Origin: an uncultured Candidatus Saccharibacteria bacterium
GTDB lineage: Bacteria; Patescibacteriota; Minisyncoccia; Phycocordibacterales; DAORIS01
DNA length: 64,000 nucleotides
Reading direction: 5' to 3'
Assembly (NCBI GenBank): GCA_964644035.1
Contig: CAZXUH010000002.1
Location: 104,881 to 168,880 of the forward strand
Shown here: piece after piece, positions 58,317-64,000 of the stretch
Position numbering within the stretch: the stretch's first letter is position 1
Layout: each line of letters opens with the position of its first letter
Made by a program: the position numbers and the translations under genes
Notes under the pieces: generated by a model
The model's database searches: none
The model's input: the letters and a program-made list of their open reading frames with translations, nothing else
What the model was told of the DNA's origin: nothing

Positions 58317-59424
58317 AGACTTCTTTTAACTTATCTATCATTGTAGCATGGCTGAAATTATCTTTCACTTGCTTATAAAGTGCTTCAGAAAGGAAGTCCT
58401 TATCGGTATTGGAAGTAATATATTCTAGACCTTCAAAAAAACTACCGGCATTTGACGGCTCAACAAGAACACCATTTACCCTATCTGTTATAAGTTCTGG
58501 TATTCCACCTACTTTTGAGGCAACAACTGGTAGGTGGGCTAGTGCAGCTTCAAGAGGGACGTAGGGGAAAGCCTCAGTTCTTGAAGTGAGAGTGAAAATA
58601 TCAAAAGCCTTGAGATATCTGGCGGCATCTTTTACAAATCCTGCCAGAGTGACATGGAGCCACAAATTATTGTCACGAATATATGTTTCAAGTTCTTTTC
58701 TCTGTTCGCCTTCACCGACGATTATAAAATGCGAAAGAGGGTTATTATTTCTAAACTGATTGAAACCTTGTAGTGCTATATCCAAACCTTTATTTCTATG
58801 AAGTTCCGATATGGTACCAATTACCAGTGTGCCAGGCTTCAGCGTCCCTATACCAAGCATTTCTCGAGCATTCTCACGAGGTATGAAATCGATATCTCCA
58901 ATGCCGTTGTATATGACTTTGATTTTTTTGGAAACCCAAGGAAGGGTATTGATATCATTCTTTATTTTTTCTGCCACGGCGATGGTGGTATGGGAAAGCA
59001 TGACGGTAATCCAGTGTACGATAAGTATTATTTTCTTCTGAAGCCATGGTCTGTTTTCATTGAAGGCCCAACCGTGTCCAGTAAAAATGATATTGGGAAC
59101 TTTTGCGAAGCGAGCAGCCAAGGCGCCGATGCCGCCGATTTTAGAACTATTGAGATGAACAATATCAGGCTTTTCCTTTTTAAAAATAGACATAAGCTCG
59201 AACAAAGAACGAATGTCTTTTATAAAAGAAATATCTCGGACGAGAGATTTCATTGAAATAGTACGAATATTTTTTTCAGCTAGTTTTTCAAAAAGAACGC
59301 CGTTGCCACCACCGATGACGGCTACGTCATACTGGCTATTTAGATGGGTTGCAACATCGTAGACATATCTCTGTGCACCACCAAAATTGGTCTTGGTAAT
59401 AATCAGGAAGAGTTTCTTCTTCAT
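58297..59424 (-). CDS. GT4 family glycosyltransferase
   Basis: GGAQR, HGW, EAFPYVPLEA (Ex7E), VGGIPE. Confidence 0.93.
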   Translation of the reverse strand: MKKKLFLIITKTNFGGAQRYVYDVATHLNSQYDVAVIGGGNGVLFEKLAEKNIRTISMKSLVRDISFIKDIRSLFELMSIFKKEKPDIVHLNSSKIGGIGALAARFAKVPNIIFTGHGWAFNENRPWLQKKIILIVHWITVMLSHTTIAVAEKIKNDINTLPWVSKKIKVIYNGIGDIDFIPRENAREMLGIGTLKPGTLVIGTISELHRNKGLDIALQGFNQFRNNNPLSHFIIVGEGEQRKELETYIRDNNLWLHVTLAGFVKDAARYLKAFDIFTLTSRTEAFPYVPLEAALAHLPVVASKVGGIPELITDRVNGVLVEPSNAGSFFEGLEYITSNTDKDFLSEALYKQVKDNFSHATMIDKLKEVYENPHR

Positions 59425-59491
59425 GCAATCAATATACCATGCATTTGGCGTCAGACGGGACAGAAAAGGCTTATTTTGCTAGACTATCGCC

Positions 59492-60832
59492 ATGGATCAT
59501 ATTCCTCGTTCCAGCCGATTATTTATCTTTTTCGGGGACGTCATTCTTCTCTATGTAGCACTTGTTGCTGCCCTTTGGATTCGTTATCCTCGCGGAATCT
59601 CTCGAGAAATTGTTGAAGTACATATTCTACCGTTCTCAATTCTGTTCGTATTGTGGATCACTGTATTTTTGATTGCTGGATTGTATAAAAAACATCTTAG
59701 TGTCAGAAAAAATCGTTTGCCGAGCACTATTCTTAGAGTTCAGATTATCAACAGTGTGTTGGCGGTTATCTTTTTCTATTCGACAACCTATTTCGGAATT
59801 GCTCCGAAGACGACGCTCTTTATTTATCTACTCGTATCTTTTTTCATGATTACGCTCTGGCGTATGTACGGACCTATTCTGCTTGGTAATAGGGCAGACT
59901 TGGCAATTTTCATTACTGCAGGCGGAGAATCAAATGAACTCACTGAAGAACTTCGCAGGTACAAAGGGTATCCAATTGCAGTAGCCCAAGTGATCGATTT
60001 AGAAAAAGAAACAGATGTTGTCGGTGCTCTCAAAGCGGCTGTTGCCAACAATCCCGAGGCATCGATACTCGTATCTGATCTCGACGATGTACGAATGAAT
60101 CCTGCTTTGCAGTATGTCTACGAACTCGTTAGTCGTGGCTATGCGTATTTTAGTATTCACAGCGTCTATGAAGAAGTATTTCAGCGTTTGCCTGTCTCGC
60201 TTCTCGACGATCGCTGGCTGATTGAGCATATGTCGCTTTTCCCGGGCCGGGCATACGATATTCTCAAAAGGACTGTCGATATTGTGGCTGGCACGCTGGC
60301 TTTTATCATCTCTCTTCCTTTTTATATAATTGCTTTCATACTTATCAAGCTCGATGACGGTGGACCACTGTATTTTGTCCATGAACGCGTCGGTCAGAAA
60401 AACAGGCCGATCAGGATCGTAAAATTTAGAAGCATGTCCGTGCATGACGAAAAAGATGGTTTGGCAAAAGAAAAGAAATTGACACGCGTTGGTACCTTTC
60501 TTAGGAAATCTCGTATCGATGAACTGCCTCAGCTTTGGAATGTGATAAAGGGTGATCTTTCACTTATTGGTCCGCGTTCCGAACTTCCAAAGCTCGTTGC
60601 TGTCTATGAAAAAGAAATTCCTTACTATGCACTTCGCCATAGCGTGAAGCCAGGACTTTCGGGCTGGGCACAGATCAATCAAAAGACGCCGCCAAAGTTT
60701 TTTGCCGATTCAGAACTCACTAAGCAGAAAGTTTCTTATGATCTCTATTACATACAACACCGATCATTTATGCTCGATATGTTGATTGTGTTGCAAACGA
60801 TTCGTGAACTTGTTTCAAGTAGGGGAATATAA
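59492..60832 (+). CDS. Polyprenyl glycosylphosphotransferase (WbaP/WcaJ-type priming transferase)
   Basis: 4 N-terminal TMs; KRTVD, KFRSM, IDELPQLWNV, GPR, KPGLSGWAQ, DLYY. Confidence 0.93.
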   Translation: MDHIPRSSRLFIFFGDVILLYVALVAALWIRYPRGISREIVEVHILPFSILFVLWITVFLIAGLYKKHLSVRKNRLPSTILRVQIINSVLAVIFFYSTTYFGIAPKTTLFIYLLVSFFMITLWRMYGPILLGNRADLAIFITAGGESNELTEELRRYKGYPIAVAQVIDLEKETDVVGALKAAVANNPEASILVSDLDDVRMNPALQYVYELVSRGYAYFSIHSVYEEVFQRLPVSLLDDRWLIEHMSLFPGRAYDILKRTVDIVAGTLAFIISLPFYIIAFILIKLDDGGPLYFVHERVGQKNRPIRIVKFRSMSVHDEKDGLAKEKKLTRVGTFLRKSRIDELPQLWNVIKGDLSLIGPRSELPKLVAVYEKEIPYYALRHSVKPGLSGWAQINQKTPPKFFADSELTKQKVSYDLYYIQHRSFMLDMLIVLQTIRELVSSRGI

Positions 60833-60840
60833 TACATATA

Positions 60841-61734
60841 ATGAATAAAAAAGTAGTTGTCACCGGCGGTGCAGGATTTATCGGGTCAAATCTTGTCGAC
60901 GGTCTGATTGCTGCTGGATATGATGTGCATGTCATTGATAATTTGATTGCTGGCAAAAAAGAACAGGTCAATCCAAAAGCTACGCTACATATAAAAGACA
61001 TTTGTTCTGTTTCAGATATTGAACCTATTTTGAAAAATACCGATGTGGTATTTCATCTTGCGGCATTGCCTCGCGTGCAGGATTCGATCGACAATCCAGC
61101 GCAAGTACATGAAGTCAATGTCACTGGCACACTCAATATGCTCGTCGCTTCTTCTAAAGCAAAGGTCAGAAGGTTTATATTCACATCTTCCGCTGCAGTG
61201 TATGGTGATCAGCAGGATTTGCCACTCAAAGAAAGTCATATTCCAACTCCTAAAAGTCCATATGGACTTCACAAACAAATAGGTGAGCAATATGCGCGTT
61301 TGTGGAATGAATTGTACGGTCTTGAGACTGTGTCTCTTCGATATTTCAATGTCTATGGTCCAAGACAAAGTGCCCAAGGCTCATATCCATTGGTCATAGC
61401 AAAATTCATTGATCTCAAAAAACAAAACAAACCTCTTACGATTACCGGTAGTGGGGAACAAACAAGAGATTTTGTGCATGTGAGCGATATTGTTGCAGCA
61501 AATATTGCAGCGGCAGAAAATAAAAGTATAGGAAAAGGTGAAGTGATCAATATCGGCAGCGGCGTAGAAACTTCGGTCAAAACCGTCGCGTCTACTGTTG
61601 GCGGGCAGATTGAGTATATTGCAGCTCGAGTGGAACCAAGTCGTTCGGTAGCCGATGTTTCACTTGCGGCAAAACTTTTGCAATGGAAAAGCAAAGTAGA
61701 TTTTAAAAAGGGTATAGCTGATCTCCTTATATAA
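60841..61734 (+). CDS. NAD-dependent UDP-sugar 4-epimerase family protein
   Basis: TGGAGFIGS, SSAAVYG, YGLHK, RYFNVYGPRQ, TRDFVHV. Confidence 0.92.
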   Translation: MNKKVVVTGGAGFIGSNLVDGLIAAGYDVHVIDNLIAGKKEQVNPKATLHIKDICSVSDIEPILKNTDVVFHLAALPRVQDSIDNPAQVHEVNVTGTLNMLVASSKAKVRRFIFTSSAAVYGDQQDLPLKESHIPTPKSPYGLHKQIGEQYARLWNELYGLETVSLRYFNVYGPRQSAQGSYPLVIAKFIDLKKQNKPLTITGSGEQTRDFVHVSDIVAANIAAAENKSIGKGEVINIGSGVETSVKTVASTVGGQIEYIAARVEPSRSVADVSLAAKLLQWKSKVDFKKGIADLLI

Positions 61735-61778
61735 GCAATTTGATTTTTAGGCTTTAGCACGGTAGCATAGCCCTACAT

Positions 61779-63107
61779 ATGAAATACAGGATTTACGCAG
61801 TTGTACTGCTTATTGTCGCTTTTGGTTTTGGCTACGGTATATATGCCTCAGAACTCTCTACAGCAAAAGGTTTTTTGGCAAAGTTCCCCTTTAAACTCGG
61901 TCTCGATCTCGCTGGTGGTACAGAACTGCTCTATACCGCTGATACATCAAAACTCGCTTCGGGAGATGTGAGCGATTCAATGGCTGCACTTCGTGATGTG
62001 ATTGAAACTCGCGTCAATGCGTTTGGAGTGTCAGAACCTGTGGTACAAGTTCAGAAAAGTGGTGCTCTTGGAAATGGTAGCGATCAATTGCTCGTAGAAT
62101 TGCCTGGTGTCACAGATGTGCAGGCTGCTATCGATCAGATTGGGAAGACACCTGTCTTGGAATTCAAACTAGCCGAAATCGTACCAGTGGGAGGGACGTC
62201 TGCTACTTCAACTGGAAGTTCGACAGTTACCTTTACAGACACAGGACTCACTGGCCGATATCTCGAGCGTTCAATGGTTCAATTTGATCCAAATACCAAT
62301 GCTCCTGTTATCACTCTTCAATTCAACAATGAAGGTCAGGAACTTTTTGCTGAACTGACAAAAGCTCATGTTGGAAAGCCTCTTGCAATATTCCTCGATG
62401 GCAATATCCTTTCCATGCCGTATATAAGAGAGCAGGTGCTCGGTGGTCAGGCTCAGATCACGGGCAGCTTTACAACCAAAGAAGCACAGACACTTGTGCG
62501 CAATCTCAACTACGGTGCTCTTCCAGTACCAATTAGTCTTTCAAGTACGCAATCAATCGGTCCATCACTCGGTGAAGCGGCAGTCAATGCCGGAGTTTTT
62601 GCTGGTATTGTAGGATTTGCTGCTCTCGCACTCTTCTTGCTCTTCTGGTATCGATTACCAGGTCTTATTGCAGTCATCGCTCTTGCTCTCTACGTTATTT
62701 TGAGCTTAGTAATCTTCAAACTTATTCCAGTCACCATGACTGCCGCTGGTATTGCCGGATTTATATTGTCAGTAGGTATGGCTGTAGACGCAAATATTCT
62801 CATCTTCGAGCGTATGAAGGAAGAGCTTAAGCGTGGCAAATCGGTCAGCGATGCTATCCACGAAGGTTTTCATCGAGCGTGGCTTTCTATTAGAGATTCA
62901 AACATCTCAAGTATCATTACAGCCTGCGTCCTTTTCTGGCTCGGTACGTCGTCGGTCAAAGGTTTTGCACTGACACTCGGCGTCGGTGTCGCAGTCAGCA
63001 TGTTTACGGCTATTACCGCCTCACGAACATTCCTATACTCGATTGCTCCCAAGAAAAGCAATGCCTTCAGTCGATTCCTTTTTAGCAATGGTCTTCATAT
63101 CAAATAA
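61779..63107 (+). CDS. secD: Protein translocase subunit SecD
   Basis: LGLDLAGG, RVNAFGVSEP, GMAVDANILIFER. Confidence 0.97.
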   Translation: MKYRIYAVVLLIVAFGFGYGIYASELSTAKGFLAKFPFKLGLDLAGGTELLYTADTSKLASGDVSDSMAALRDVIETRVNAFGVSEPVVQVQKSGALGNGSDQLLVELPGVTDVQAAIDQIGKTPVLEFKLAEIVPVGGTSATSTGSSTVTFTDTGLTGRYLERSMVQFDPNTNAPVITLQFNNEGQELFAELTKAHVGKPLAIFLDGNILSMPYIREQVLGGQAQITGSFTTKEAQTLVRNLNYGALPVPISLSSTQSIGPSLGEAAVNAGVFAGIVGFAALALFLLFWYRLPGLIAVIALALYVILSLVIFKLIPVTMTAAGIAGFILSVGMAVDANILIFERMKEELKRGKSVSDAIHEGFHRAWLSIRDSNISSIITACVLFWLGTSSVKGFALTLGVGVAVSMFTAITASRTFLYSIAPKKSNAFSRFLFSNGLHIK

Positions 63108-63118
63108 TCCTACGATCC

Positions 63119-64000
63119 ATGTTTATCATCACCTATAGAAAAGTATTCTACGCCCTGTCGATTGTCCTGATCGCTCTTTCCATTGTGACTTTTTGGAAGC
63201 CTGGTGTACATTTTGGCATTGATTTTGTCGGAGGTAGTATTACTGAAGTCAGCTATGCTGAACGTCCCGAAAAAACAATTGTAGATGAAAATATTGAAAA
63301 ACTTTCTCTTGGTACGGTTCTCGTTCAACCAGTAGGAGACAATAAGTATGTTGTTAGAAGTAAAGAACTCACTGAAGAAGAAAAAGCATCGCTTCTTACC
63401 GCTTTGACCGTAGGCGAGACCAAACTCGAACGCTTCAATTCTATTGGTCCAGTTGTCGGCAATGAACTTCGTCAGAAAGCATACTTGGCTATTGCGCTCG
63501 TGATCGCCTTCATTGTCTTGTTTGTGACATTTGCATTCAGAAAAGTGTCTGAACCGGTGTCTTCGTGGAAATTTGGTTTGGCTACGATTATTGCTTTGGC
63601 GCACGATGTGATCATTCCCGCTGGAGGATTTATCATTGTCTCTCATTATTTGGGTGGGGAAATAGACATGCTTTTCATGTCGGCTATCTTGGCTATTCTT
63701 GGCTTCTCAGTTCATGACACGATTGTCGTATTTGATCGCGTTAGAGAACATCTCGCTACAAATAAAAGAGATCGTGTGCACGAATCATTCGAAACCACTG
63801 TCGGCAAAAGCGTTACCGAAACATTTGGCCGCTCGATCAATACTTCGGTCACGATATTTATCGTTCTTCTTGCTCTCTTTATACTCGGTCCAGAAACAAC
63901 AAGAAACTTCACTCTTACGTTGATTATCGGTATCGTCGCTGGTACATACTCTTCGATATTCATCGCTTCTCCACTTCTTGTGACCTTTGAGAAGATGCAA
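63119..64000 (+). CDS. secF: Protein translocase subunit SecF (runs off the window end; absent from ORF track)
   Basis: Hand translation MFIITYRK...FGIDFVGGS; later ALAHD, GFSVHDTIVVFDRVRE, RSINTS, GTYSSIFIA. Confidence 0.95.
   Translation, partial: MFIITYRKVFYALSIVLIALSIVTFWKPGVHFGIDFVGGSITEVSYAERPEKTIVDENIEKLSLGTVLVQPVGDNKYVVRSKELTEEEKASLLTALTVGETKLERFNSIGPVVGNELRQKAYLAIALVIAFIVLFVTFAFRKVSEPVSSWKFGLATIIALAHDVIIPAGGFIIVSHYLGGEIDMLFMSAILAILGFSVHDTIVVFDRVREHLATNKRDRVHESFETTVGKSVTETFGRSINTSVTIFIVLLALFILGPETTRNFTLTLIIGIVAGTYSSIFIASPLLVTFEKMQ

Overview
Chromosomal housekeeping-rich segment of a Patescibacteria/CPR bacterium, most likely Parcubacteria (inferred from compact genes, rplK without rplA, a stand-alone 23S-5S unit with group I introns, and an S-layer-like PG-binding protein). 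TGA is used as a stop, so this is genetic code 11. It carries glycolysis, aminoacyl-tRNA synthetase, ribosomal protein, recombination and Sec genes, a clustered thymidylate cycle and two glycosylation loci. No CRISPR, prophage or IS is visible. Most notable: (1) a four-helix-bundle plus winged-HTH gene divergent from ftsK whose promoter and coding sequence carry about 11 copies of a TAAARGACA-type motif; (2) two ORF-less 23S group I introns (L1931, L2593) that each form a long helix with the upstream exon across the 5' splice site, competing with the guide sequence; (3) several unannotated promoter-to-terminator small RNAs and a 59-aa gene missed by the ORF track; (4) a polyprenyl-phosphate-pentose glycosylation operon lacking DprE1/2; (5) IleRS with an inserted histidine-phosphatase domain. 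All calls were made by eye from motifs, and no database searches or folding programs were run.
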